A DNA stretch of 64,000 nucleotides from Candidatus Altimarinota bacterium. Its GTDB lineage: Bacteria; Patescibacteriota; Gracilibacteria; CAIRYL01. Numbering within the stretch: the first letter of the stretch is position 1; each line of letters begins with the position of its first letter. The notes beneath the pieces were generated by a model. That model was not told the origin of the DNA and made no database searches. It worked only from the letters and a program-made list of their open reading frames with translations. Positions 50,235-59,992 of this stretch are shown here, one piece after another. Where the stretch lies: the NCBI GenBank assembly GCA_965250085.1, contig OZ252287.1, positions 480,001 through 544,000 of the forward strand. The letters run 5' to 3'. The translations under genes and the position numbers were made by a program.

Positions 50235-52256
50235 TTGAGCACAAACCAAACCAAACCATTCAAACTCGTTTCAGAATTCGAGCCAACAGGGGATCAGCCC
50301 AAAGCAATTGAAGCCTTGATGAAGGGTTTTAAGAGTGGAAAAAGATATCAGACACTCCTGGGTGCCACCGGAACAGGGAAAACATTTGCCATGGCAAATG
50401 TGGTAGCTCAGTTGAACAGGCCCACAATAGTGCTCTCTCACAACAAAACTTTGGCCGCACAGCTGTGTAATGAATTCAGAAATTTCTTCCCAGAAAATGC
50501 AGTTTCATATTTTGTCTCCTACTATGACTACTATCAACCGGAGGCATATATGCCCAGAACTGATACCTATATCGAGAAAGAATCCACTATCAATGAGGAG
50601 ATTAATAAGTTTCGCCATGCGGCAACACACAATTTGCTGACCAGACGAGACGTGCTCATTGTTGCATCAGTTAGTTGTATCTATGGACTTGGTGATGTAG
50701 AAAGCTATGAGTCACTCGCAATAACACTCGCGGTAGGAGAACAGGTGAAGAGGGATAAGCTTTTGAGGAGGCTTACAGATATTCAATATACCAGGTCTAT
50801 GACGGACTTTAAACAAGGCATGTTTCACGTAATGGGAGACACAGTAGAGATTTTTCCTCCTTCCGCTGATACCGCATTTCGCATTGAGCTCTTTGGTGAT
50901 GAGATTGAACAGATCACCGAAGTGGATTCTTTTACAGGAGAGGTGATGAATACCTTGGAAGAAGTAACTCTTTTTCCGGCAAAGCACAATGTCACGACGA
51001 GAGAAAAAATTGAGCGTGCCGTAAAAGGAATTGCAAAAGATCTCACGATACGAACCAAGGAGCTGAACGATACCGGTCGCCATGTAGAAGCTCAGAGACT
51101 CCAAACCAGAACGGAATATGACATTGAGATGCTGCTCGAAACTGGGTACTGCAATGGTATTGAGAACTATACGAGATATTTTTCTGGTCGTAAAATAGGT
51201 GAGCCACCGGCAACACTTCTCGAGTATTTTCCAGATGATTTCCTTGTGTTTCTGGATGAGTCGCATATCACTGTCCCCCAACTTGGAGCCATGTATGAGG
51301 GGAATCTCTCACGTAAAAAAACGCTTATCGAGCACGGATTTCGACTTCCATCGGCACTGGACAACAGACCTCTCAAATTTGAAGAATTTGAACACTTTGT
51401 ACAACAAGCGGCATTTATATCGGCCACTCCAGGAAAATATGAAAAAAAGCACTGCGAAGGAAAAATGATCGAACAGATCATTCGTCCCACGGGGCTTCTG
51501 GATCCAGAGATTTTTGTCTACCCTTCCAGACCAGAATTTTGGGATCCCAAAATTCATAGTGGCAAAAAGGAGAATGCAATCAATCAGATTGACCTGCTTA
51601 TGGATGCGATGAAAGGACGCATTGAGAATAATCAGCGAGTACTCGTGACAACGGTGACCAAAAAATCTGCTGAAGATCTTTCTAAATATTTTGTGGAAAC
51701 TGGTATTAATGCCAAATATTTACACTCAGACATCGATACTATGGAAAGAATCGAAATCCTCAAAGAGCTTCGCGAAGGAGAGATAGATGTACTGGTAGGG
51801 ATCAATCTCCTCAGAGAAGGACTGGATCTGCCAGAGGTTTCACTTATTGGAGTGCTCGATGCTGACAAGCAAGGATTCCTCCGTTCACGCGATGCTCTTA
51901 TACAAGTCATGGGACGTGCAGCGCGTAATGCAGAAGGAGAGGTCTATCTCTTTGCAGATAGGATGACCCCTGCTATGGAAGAAGCCATTGGAGAAACCGA
52001 GAGAAGAAGAAAAATCCAATCAGCCTACAACACAAAACACGGCATCACCCCTACAACAATCCTCAAAGAGATCAGTAGTATTGGTATGGGCGATACCGGA
52101 GTGAAACACTATGACTCCAAGAAGATTAAAGAATCTGAGCTTCCGCGACTTATTGCGGAATTGGAAATGCAAATGGACATTGCCGTACAAAATCTGGAAT
52201 TTGAAAAAGCCGCAGAACTGCGGGATGAGATTGAGGCGTTGAAGGGATCTTTATAA
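50235..52256 (+). CDS. uvrB: Excinuclease ABC subunit B
   Basis: PTGDQP, GATGTGKT, YYDYYQPEAY and GRAARN motifs; UVR tail. Confidence 0.97.
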   Translation: MSTNQTKPFKLVSEFEPTGDQPKAIEALMKGFKSGKRYQTLLGATGTGKTFAMANVVAQLNRPTIVLSHNKTLAAQLCNEFRNFFPENAVSYFVSYYDYYQPEAYMPRTDTYIEKESTINEEINKFRHAATHNLLTRRDVLIVASVSCIYGLGDVESYESLAITLAVGEQVKRDKLLRRLTDIQYTRSMTDFKQGMFHVMGDTVEIFPPSADTAFRIELFGDEIEQITEVDSFTGEVMNTLEEVTLFPAKHNVTTREKIERAVKGIAKDLTIRTKELNDTGRHVEAQRLQTRTEYDIEMLLETGYCNGIENYTRYFSGRKIGEPPATLLEYFPDDFLVFLDESHITVPQLGAMYEGNLSRKKTLIEHGFRLPSALDNRPLKFEEFEHFVQQAAFISATPGKYEKKHCEGKMIEQIIRPTGLLDPEIFVYPSRPEFWDPKIHSGKKENAINQIDLLMDAMKGRIENNQRVLVTTVTKKSAEDLSKYFVETGINAKYLHSDIDTMERIEILKELREGEIDVLVGINLLREGLDLPEVSLIGVLDADKQGFLRSRDALIQVMGRAARNAEGEVYLFADRMTPAMEEAIGETERRRKIQSAYNTKHGITPTTILKEISSIGMGDTGVKHYDSKKIKESELPRLIAELEMQMDIAVQNLEFEKAAELRDEIEALKGSL

Positions 52257-52308
52257 TATGAATTGATCGTTGGTAGTCCTTACATTTTTGAAGAACACAA
52301 ATTACTTT

Positions 52309-52361
52309 GTAGGAATTTGATTGATCAAATTCTTTATGAACACGATAAATCGTGTTCCTAC
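52309..52361. repeat. Inverted pair of GTAG-type REP palindromes
   Basis: GTAG-GAATTTGA-TTGA-TCAAATTC and GAACACGAT-AA-ATCGTGTTC-CTAC. Confidence 0.7.
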
Positions 52362-52564
52362 GAGATTAGTATTATCTGAAAAAGACTTAGAGTTCGGGGA
52401 TAAGCCTGAATCAAAGGATTTTTAGTGGATAACTTGAATCAAATGCTTCAAGAATACCTACTTGTACCCTATTAAAGCAGGCAGAATAACCTATTTATCT
52501 TCTGTATTATTTTCTAAGTATTATATATTCGGAAAAACACCTTCATATAATTTGACTAAAAATC

Positions 52565-53221
52565 ATGAGATCACAGCTAAAAAGAATTATTTCTCGTTTT
52601 TTTATTCCACAATATGATGAGATTACTCTTTTTGCGACAAGTCTTGCATTTGTTTTTATTTGCTTCGTAAGTCTAGATGTGGTCGTAATTTTGTTGGAAA
52701 GCTTCTTTAAAGATGTGAAAATTTATTCTCAATACATAGGCATTTTATATGCAGTTGTTTATTTCTTGTTACATGCATTTATTCTTATTGGGGGGATCTT
52801 ATATCCAGTTACTCTTTCCATTTATCATGTTTTTACAGAGAGAAGAAAAACATATTACGAAAAGTCTATTATCTTAGGTTTTGTTATTACTGTAAATAGT
52901 TTCAGTGGTCTCTTTGGCTTGTGGTATATACTCAATCAAGGTCATAAAGGGCTATTATTATTCTTTCCCATATGGAATGCTCTTAATGGGATGATTTTAT
53001 CTTACTTACTCAAATCCGGAGTTATAACAGTAAAAAGTATTAGTGATGAAAATGTAACGTTTCTTGAGGTTATCATAAGCGCTAGTATTACAATGCTAAC
53101 ATTTATTGTATGCCACTTTTATTTACAAATATTCCCTGCGATAACCTTCTCCATTTGCGTAGCATATGCATCAAATGTAAACAGAAATATTCTTGATTTA
53201 TTTTTGCGAAAAAGGAAGTAA
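52565..53221 (+). CDS. Hypothetical multi-TM membrane protein (low GC)
   Basis: 218-aa hydrophobic ORF. Confidence 0.7.
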   Translation: MRSQLKRIISRFFIPQYDEITLFATSLAFVFICFVSLDVVVILLESFFKDVKIYSQYIGILYAVVYFLLHAFILIGGILYPVTLSIYHVFTERRKTYYEKSIILGFVITVNSFSGLFGLWYILNQGHKGLLLFFPIWNALNGMILSYLLKSGVITVKSISDENVTFLEVIISASITMLTFIVCHFYLQIFPAITFSICVAYASNVNRNILDLFLRKRK

Positions 53222-53238
53222 TTTGGAAAAAAATATAA

Positions 53239-53414
53239 GCTGGAGCAACTCTCCAGAGTTGCTTCGCTTGTTTTGAAGTTAGAAAAGGAATACAACACTG
53301 CTCAGGTTTTATTTTTATATCGCGCTGTCATTACTGACTCTTGCGACTGGCTATAGTGGAAAAAATTGGAGAATTTTGAAACATTATGATTCAACTCAAG
53401 AGAGTTGAACCAGC
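53239..53414. repeat. Inverted REP-like palindrome pair around a ~120-nt spacer
   Basis: GCTGG-AGCAACTCT-CC-AGAGTTGCT and TTCAACTC-AAGA-GAGTTGAA-CCAGC. Confidence 0.6.
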
Positions 53415-53512
53415 ATAGGGAGCTGTAAGGTAAAGCTGATGTCTGTCAATTGACAAAAACAAGGAAACGGGTATCATAAACTTGTTTTAAAGTTCCCCGC
53501 ATTTATAATCAT

Positions 53513-53800
53513 ATGTCTACAAACACTCCTTCAGCAATTCCTCATGATGAATCTCGTCAGGTTCAAGACCCTGAAGTCCATACTTATTGGGGTCAAACAG
53601 GAATTAATGCAACCCCAGGCAATACCGCTACATTGCCAGCTGGGACAATAGTTAGTATAGCTAGCAAACAGGTTACAATTGATTCTGATATAGAAGTTTT
53701 TGTCCATTCACTTGATCCTATGGAAGGACAATTACTTTGCATTTTTTATGGTGAAAATAGAACTGGTTGGGTAAAAAAAAGAAGCACCTCCGAATCTTAA
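53513..53800 (+). CDS. Small hypothetical protein
   Basis: 95-aa ORF; TTGACA..TATCAT upstream (53450-53477). Confidence 0.55.
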   Translation: MSTNTPSAIPHDESRQVQDPEVHTYWGQTGINATPGNTATLPAGTIVSIASKQVTIDSDIEVFVHSLDPMEGQLLCIFYGENRTGWVKKRSTSES

Positions 53801-53994
53801 AATACTCTGCTGGAGCACCCTTGTCTCAAAGGGACCTTGTTAGTTCGAGTGTTTTGCACTCGAACTCTTTGTTGGTTCAGATTTGCAATCTGAATCTTTT
53901 ATATTTCAATACAATTGGTTTTTTATTCATGAAAAAAGGACCACCCTTAGGCGGACCTTTTGCTTTTAACTACTACTTACTACTTACTACCTAC

Positions 53995-54777
53995 TTATTT
54001 CTTTTTCTTGTCGTCTGGCTTCTTGTTTCTTCCATCATTTTTTTTCTCGTCTTTTTTTGCCTCCTCTTCAAGTCCAAGACTCGCTCTGAGTTTTTCAGCC
54101 TGATCATCTTCTTGTTCTTGCTGAGCTGGCTGCTGCATTTCTACCTCCATGTCTTCCCACTCCTGCTTGTGCTTGTCTTCTAGTGAACGGAGTTGCTCTT
54201 TATGTTTTACATCGAGTTCAGAAAATTTGCGTTGTTCTTCTTCCAGGATTTTGATGAGCTCATCTATTTGATATTGACTGAGTCTTGGCACCGCTTCAAT
54301 GATACGTCTCTTTTCATCCTTGGTAAGAGAGATAGAGCCAGCGAGAAGCCGAAGAAAAAGATTTTCATCAAATGTAAGGCTATGTTCTGGAATTTTGACA
54401 CTGGTCTTAAATTTCTTATCATCACGACCAAATGAACCAATAGGAGTTACCGGTCCTTGATCCACTGGGGGTGGTGGATACGCTCCTTGAGGGGGATATC
54501 CATATCCTGGAGGGGGTGGTGGATATCCTCCTTGAGGAGGAGGGTATCCATATCCTGGAGGGGGCGCATATCCCTGTCCTGCTGGTGGTTGCCCGTACCC
54601 TGGGGGGGGGGCATACCCTCCTTGCGCTCCTGCTCCTGCAGGATCCTGTCCGCCTGGTGGAGGAGGTGGAGGTGGTGGTGGAGGTGGAGGAGGAGGTGGT
54701 GGTGGTGGTGGAGGTGGTGGTGGATTCCCTCCCGCCGGAGGATTTGGCGGTGTCGGCGGTGTTTTTTGATCAGCCAT
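53995..54777 (-). CDS. Proline-rich protein with helical C-terminal domain
   Basis: 23 consecutive Pro and GYPPP repeats, then LLAGSISLTKDEKRRII. Confidence 0.8.
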   Translation of the reverse strand: MADQKTPPTPPNPPAGGNPPPPPPPPPPPPPPPPPPPPPPPGGQDPAGAGAQGGYAPPPGYGQPPAGQGYAPPPGYGYPPPQGGYPPPPPGYGYPPQGAYPPPPVDQGPVTPIGSFGRDDKKFKTSVKIPEHSLTFDENLFLRLLAGSISLTKDEKRRIIEAVPRLSQYQIDELIKILEEEQRKFSELDVKHKEQLRSLEDKHKQEWEDMEVEMQQPAQQEQEDDQAEKLRASLGLEEEAKKDEKKNDGRNKKPDDKKKK

Positions 54778-54914
54778 ATATATTTTTATAAAAACTTCTT
54801 TACATTGTAGCAATTTTTCCCCAAAAATTCAAGAACAAAATTGCTTTTTAAGCCCAAAAACCATACTCTGAGGAGTGGCTTTGGTAAAGCAAAAATATTT
54901 TTTCCTTCTTTCCG

Positions 54915-55182
54915 ATGATTCCCGATCTTACTGAGCTGAGAAAGCAAATAGACGAAACAGATGAAAAAGTGTTGCGCCTTATAAAAAAGCGCTTTGATAT
55001 AGCTCTTCAAATGGCTCAAATAAAGAAATCTGAAGGAATTAGACTCTATCAACCAGAGAGAGACAGCGTTAGTTTTAGAGAGAAAAAGAGTTGCCATAGA
55101 ACTTGGTGTTTCTGAAGAATTTGTGGAAAAGGTTTTTGATATTTTGCTCTCAGAATCACTTCGTCTGCAGCAGGAAGAATAG
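54915..55182 (+). pseudogene. AroQ-class chorismate mutase, frameshifted in an (AG)n tract
   Basis: LTELRKQIDETD..KRF..IKK..QPER; the shifted frame continues TALVLERKRVAIELGVSEEFVEKVFDILLSESLRLQQEE*. Confidence 0.8.
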
Positions 55183-55192
55183 AGAAATAGTT

Positions 55193-55352
55193 TTGACTTT
55201 TTCCTCAAAAGACATACAATCCAGACACTATGAAGTTACAAAGTACTTTTTACGGGGCATTTTATTTCTTCGGGCAAAAAGCCTAGGAAGTGTCTTGTTA
55301 TCGTTTGAACAATAAGCATGTGCACTTTCTACAAATGAGAAGTGTTTTTTTT
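55193..55352 (+). promoter_or_regulatory. Promoter plus Phe/Tyr leader-peptide attenuator for aroF
   Basis: TTGACT-N16-TACAAT; leader MKLQSTFYGAFYFFGQKA* (55230-55286); GGAAGTGT can pair with GCACTTTC; terminator at 55322-55352. Confidence 0.75.
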
Positions 55353-55368
55353 ATTTTATTCATACATC

Positions 55369-56406
55369 ATGATCATTGTTGTAATGCGGACAACCGCTAG
55401 TAAAAAAGATATCGAACATGTAAAGGAAGAAGGGAAAAAATTTGGACTAGATCCAATTGAAATGCCGGGTGAAGTGCGCATGGTCATTATTTTCAAAGGT
55501 GACGAACGTGTCTTGCCTATTGGAAAATTTCAGAGTTTGAGTGGAGTTTCAAATGCTATCCCAACACTTGAAAAATATAAAATTGCTTCTCGCGCAACGA
55601 AATACGAGGATACAATTATCGATCTTGGAGATGGAATCAAAATTGGTGGGACCAATCAAATTATTATGGCCGGTCCATGTGCTATAGAGAGTGAGGAACA
55701 AATGAAAAAAAGCGCTGAAGCTGTGCATTCTCAGGGGGTTCGAATACTCCGTGGGGGGGCGTATAAGCCTCGGACTTCTCCGTATTCTTTTCAAGGACTT
55801 GGGGAAGAAGGGCTCAAGATATTGAAGTCCACAGCTGATGAAATGGGTATGAAGGTCATCACGGAGGTTATGGATATTCGGAAAGTAGAAACCGTGTGCA
55901 AATATACAGATATTATTCAACTGGGTGCTCGAAACATGCAGAGCTACGATTTGCTGAAAGAAGTAGGACAGTGTGGAAAGCCAGTAATGATTAAAAATAG
56001 CCTGAGCGCTACGATTGAAGAGTTTTTACTCGCTGCAGAGTATGTCCTCAGCGAAGGGAATACCAACGTCATTCTTTGTGATCGAGGTATTCGAACTTTT
56101 GAAAATGAGGTTCGTTTTACCATTAATCTTGGAGCTATTCCTATTCTCAAAGATTTGACGCATCTCCCAATTATAGTAGATCCCAGTCATGCCATGGGGA
56201 GACGAAAATATGTATCGAATATGGCTCTTGCGGCTCTTGCGGCAGGACCTCATGGAATCATAGTTGAAGTGCATCACAATCCTGAGGAAGCACTGTGTGA
56301 TGGAGCTCAGGCACTCACTCCAGAAATGTTTGAGGATCTCGTTGAAAGAGCGGAAAAAGTCTCTGATGCGATAGATATGCCCTTGCAGTTAGGAGTTAGG
56401 AGTTAG
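55369..56406 (+). CDS. aroF: DAHP synthase type I-beta with N-terminal regulatory domain
   Basis: AGPCAIES, RGGAYKPRTSPYSFQG, GARNMQ and DPSH motifs. Confidence 0.95.
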   Translation: MIIVVMRTTASKKDIEHVKEEGKKFGLDPIEMPGEVRMVIIFKGDERVLPIGKFQSLSGVSNAIPTLEKYKIASRATKYEDTIIDLGDGIKIGGTNQIIMAGPCAIESEEQMKKSAEAVHSQGVRILRGGAYKPRTSPYSFQGLGEEGLKILKSTADEMGMKVITEVMDIRKVETVCKYTDIIQLGARNMQSYDLLKEVGQCGKPVMIKNSLSATIEEFLLAAEYVLSEGNTNVILCDRGIRTFENEVRFTINLGAIPILKDLTHLPIIVDPSHAMGRRKYVSNMALAALAAGPHGIIVEVHHNPEEALCDGAQALTPEMFEDLVERAEKVSDAIDMPLQLGVRS

Positions 56407-56453
56407 GAGCTGGGAGTATTATGTTATATTTTGATTATCGTTATTTTTTATAA

Positions 56454-56585
56454 ATGCAATCAGCATATCAAAAACTGAAAGTGTGGCGGAAATCAGAGGA
56501 TTTTCAGAAGTGCACAAGTGGTATACTTGAAGTAAGAAAAATGCTTTCGGGACTCATCTCCAAACTCCATACTCCCAACTCCTAA
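56454..56585 (+). pseudogene. Internally deleted four-helix-bundle mini-ORF (43 aa) between inverted heptamer arms
   Basis: MQSAYQKLKVWRKS fused to EDFQKCTSGILEVRKMLSGLISKL; flanked by (AGTTAGG)n and (ACTCCNA)n. Confidence 0.75.
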
Positions 56586-56589
56586 TTTT

Positions 56590-57624
56590 ATGGATCCCAT
56601 AAAAGTCTCCTCTGGCTCATACCCTATTGTTTTTACAAATAATGGATTTGAAGCGATCAAAAAACATATTTCTGAAGATACAAAAGTTGTAGTGGTCACG
56701 GATGACAATATTTTGAAAATTTTTCAAAAACAAATAGAAGTACTGACAGAGTATGTCTTCTCTTTTTCTCCGGGAGAGGGAGCAAAAAATATGCAAACAG
56801 TTAAAAATATTACTCACTTTTTGCAGGAAAAAAATTTGGGGAGAAACAATACACTGCTTATTGCTCTGGGAGGTGGAGTGGTGGGAGATATTACTGGGTT
56901 TGTGGCCAGTATGTATATGAGAGGTGTCCCTTATCTTCAGGTGCCAACCACTATCCTGTCCATGGTGGACAGCAGTATTGGCGGAAAAACAGGAGTAAAT
57001 ACTGATTATGGGAAGAATCTTCTGGGATCTTTTTATCATCCTCAATCAGTAATTATTGCTTCTAAATTTTTAGAAACCCTCCCAGAAATAGAAATCAAAA
57101 ATGGCCTCGCTGAGATGATAAAACATGCCGTGATTGATTCTGAAGATCACTTGAAAGAACTCTCAGAGAATATTCCTCAAATAATACAGAAAAATCTGAG
57201 AGTGTGCACAGAGTGCATCCAAAAAAGCATTGCGATAAAAGCGCATATTGTGGAACAAGATGAAAAAGAGACGAAAGGAATTCGATCATATCTCAACTTT
57301 GGACACACCATAGGGCATGCCCTTGAAAAAGCCTCTGATTATCAACTTTCGCACGGATATGCTGTTTCTATTGGCATGGTGCTAGAAAGCAAAATAGCAG
57401 AAAAAGAACTTGGCTTTTCCGGGCAAGAACTTCTTGTTCAAATATTACAAAAAGCCGGTCTTCCCACAGCACTTCCAAAAGGTATGGCAATGGAAGATTT
57501 GGAAGAACACATGAAACATGATAAAAAAAACGAAGGAGATGCCATCACTTTCGCTCTTCCGAAGAATTTTGGAGAAATACAAGTAACCCAATTGGGTAGT
57601 ATGGTCATTGTGCCAAAGGACTGA
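56590..57624 (+). CDS. aroB: 3-dehydroquinate synthase
   Basis: ALGGGVVGD, DSSIGGKTG, LNFGHT.GHA and HG.AV motifs. Confidence 0.95.
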   Translation: MDPIKVSSGSYPIVFTNNGFEAIKKHISEDTKVVVVTDDNILKIFQKQIEVLTEYVFSFSPGEGAKNMQTVKNITHFLQEKNLGRNNTLLIALGGGVVGDITGFVASMYMRGVPYLQVPTTILSMVDSSIGGKTGVNTDYGKNLLGSFYHPQSVIIASKFLETLPEIEIKNGLAEMIKHAVIDSEDHLKELSENIPQIIQKNLRVCTECIQKSIAIKAHIVEQDEKETKGIRSYLNFGHTIGHALEKASDYQLSHGYAVSIGMVLESKIAEKELGFSGQELLVQILQKAGLPTALPKGMAMEDLEEHMKHDKKNEGDAITFALPKNFGEIQVTQLGSMVIVPKD

Positions 57625-58249
57625 AGAGTTCGCTCTCTAACAAAATTTTTCTCAGTCTATTTTTTGCCCTCAAAGTAATGGTCTTTACGGTTCCCGATGG
57701 CTTCCCTAGATCTGTAGCAATTTGATCATAGGTTCTTCCATCCAGTCTTAATTCTATTATCGTAGCTTCCTTTTGTGGAAGTTGAGCAACGCATTCCCTC
57801 ACGACCCTTGTCCTTGCTTGAGAAGTCACCATTGCCTCTGCTTCTAGTAGTTCAAGAAGTGGATCAAGCACGAGAGTTGGGATCTGAGCATCAAGAACAT
57901 TTGGATCCTCCGCTTGCTCTTTTTTGACATGTAACTTCCTAAAGTGATCAATGCACTTATTTCTCGCCATTCTACTCAACCAAGTATATAGCTTGTATTG
58001 ACTATTATATTTGCCAGCAACTTGGTACATCTTAAAAAGAGTTTCTTGTGCAAGATCTTCGGCTAAATCGGAGTCTCCTAGGATATGTGAGCATTGCAAG
58101 CATAGTTTTGGAAAATATTTATTAAAAATAACATTAAATGCTTCTTGATCTCCCGATTGAATCAAGAGCATCAAATCTTCATCTGGTAACTCTTGAAGTC
58201 TCTTCAAGTCCTTTCCACAGATGCTATACGAAGGTTGATTGGCGAGCAT
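57605..58249 (-). CDS. ECF sigma factor
   Basis: AEDLAQETL, TWLSRMARNKCID and TYDQIA..L..P.GTVK motifs. Confidence 0.88.
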   Translation of the reverse strand: MLANQPSYSICGKDLKRLQELPDEDLMLLIQSGDQEAFNVIFNKYFPKLCLQCSHILGDSDLAEDLAQETLFKMYQVAGKYNSQYKLYTWLSRMARNKCIDHFRKLHVKKEQAEDPNVLDAQIPTLVLDPLLELLEAEAMVTSQARTRVVRECVAQLPQKEATIIELRLDGRTYDQIATDLGKPSGTVKTITLRAKNRLRKILLESELFSPLAQ

Positions 58250-58358
58250 TGTATTATGTTCAGCGTTACTAAAGAGTATTTTTAAATATAAATAATAAAA
58301 AGTCAAGAACAATCGTTGAAATGTTTTAGATGTCCGAGAATCTCAGTATTTTACTTTC

Positions 58359-58964
58359 TCAAAACTTCCTCTTTCCTAGTCTTTTTCGATGCGGATATCC
58401 ATTCTCTACGATGTGATTGCGTACAACATCTGCAAGGATTTCCTGAATGGTGGCTGAGTCTGTCATTTTGAGTGACTGGAGGAATTTGTCTTTATATCGT
58501 TTGACCATGAGTTCCGTGTTACGAGGATTCGCAGCGCGTTCGAGATCCACACTTCCTCCAGAATTGAGATGAATATGAATAATCCCATAATTTAGAAGAG
58601 TCGCCAGAACACCCTCTATCTCATAAGTGATTTCCTTGAGATCCACATAGTCTACTCGTGATGATTCTCGATGAAAGAGTCCGTGCCACTCTACATCTAT
58701 CACTGATTGACTCGTGATAAGCCATGCATCTAAATACCAGTCCATGGTGTTATAGACAAAGTAGCAGAGAAATACGAAGTGACAGACAAAATTGAGCCAA
58801 ATATCAAACCCTAGAAACAACCATAAAAACCACGGCAAAAAGAAACCGGCAAAAAAGAGGATCAATATCGCATCGATAATTTCAACCCAATGCTTATGTG
58901 CCGCAAAAAAGAGTTTTTCCCCTTCTTCCAAATGGCCTTTAAAGAGAAATCTTTGAAACTTCAT
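58359..58964 (-). CDS. Two-TM bacterial PH-domain membrane protein
   Basis: HKHW, DWYLDAWLIT, GLF.R and LLNYG motifs. Confidence 0.75.
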   Translation of the reverse strand: MKFQRFLFKGHLEEGEKLFFAAHKHWVEIIDAILILFFAGFFLPWFLWLFLGFDIWLNFVCHFVFLCYFVYNTMDWYLDAWLITSQSVIDVEWHGLFHRESSRVDYVDLKEITYEIEGVLATLLNYGIIHIHLNSGGSVDLERAANPRNTELMVKRYKDKFLQSLKMTDSATIQEILADVVRNHIVENGYPHRKRLGKRKF

Positions 58965-59081
58965 ATGGAGGAAAACGGTAATCACTTTCTATTTTCCCAA
59001 GAAGATCTTTTTTTATCCAGCAAAAGTAATCCTTCTCAAAAATGAAAAATATCCTTTCTTCTCCAAAAAGACTTGTAAAGC

Positions 59082-59831
59082 CTAAGCCCATGAAACCCTT
59101 AGCGAGCCACGCCACGCCCTAACGCCACTGTGAAAACTGGCATTACCCCGATTCACGCGAACAAGATCACCAGGACGAGAACCATTGAGGGCGTAACCAG
59201 TTTTTCTTGTATCTAAGTTTGTTTTGAGCCAACTCCAAGTTCTTTTGTCAAACCCCCCCTTCTCCTGAAGCACGTCTCTACATTGTTTTGGGGTCATAAG
59301 GTCTATACCCATTGCTTCAGCCATCTCAACAGCATTTCCATTAAACCTTTCATCTGGATGTTTTTCTTTTAACCACGCTGCTGCCTCTTTATCATAGACA
59401 CAGTTCCTTGCACTTTCTGGAGTCTCTTGAGAACATGTACCAATATCAAAACCACTCTCATCAAAGTCATATACATCCGGGGCATGACCTGCTACCTCCA
59501 TCTCATGCACGCTCCACAGTGCCTCAGGATTTGCCTCAAGTGCAGTTTCGACTCTGCTCCATTCGAGATCTTTATGGAGGTGGACATTGTCAGTAAATCT
59601 TGTTCTAAGGGAATCTAAAGTCTTTTTCGCATCCTCAGGCGAGAGTTTGCGCTGAGTTCTGCCTCCTGCTGCTAGCTCCTCCAGTTGTAGTTGTAACATA
59701 GCAATTGCTTCACGGATTCCTGCTTGAACTTCATCGAGATCGTTAATATCGAGCAGGGATTCAAGCTTTTCTGTCGCTGTCTTAATTCCTTGTTCTGGAG
59801 ATCCTGCCATTTGTTCTGGAGAGTCTGTCAT
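59082..59831 (-). CDS. DUF4256 domain protein
   Basis: RNCVYD, MAEAMGI.L, FD..TWSWLKT and WRGSLRV motifs. Confidence 0.75.
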   Translation of the reverse strand: MTDSPEQMAGSPEQGIKTATEKLESLLDINDLDEVQAGIREAIAMLQLQLEELAAGGRTQRKLSPEDAKKTLDSLRTRFTDNVHLHKDLEWSRVETALEANPEALWSVHEMEVAGHAPDVYDFDESGFDIGTCSQETPESARNCVYDKEAAAWLKEKHPDERFNGNAVEMAEAMGIDLMTPKQCRDVLQEKGGFDKRTWSWLKTNLDTRKTGYALNGSRPGDLVRVNRGNASFHSGVRAWRGSLRVSWA

Positions 59832-59992
59832 TTGTAAGAGGGGTCAAGTTTTAAAAAGGAGATGATAATATATTGCTATAAATTTTTTGTCAAGACCATA
59901 GAAATATATATGGTCTCCCGCAGTCTCTAGACTTTCTCATGAGTGCCATATACAATGCGCGCAAGGTTTTTTGGCACTTCTTTCAGGTTTAT

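Noticed and set aside
59082-59200. DUF4256 C-terminus as a DGR variable region
   Set aside because: No template repeat copy is visible in the window
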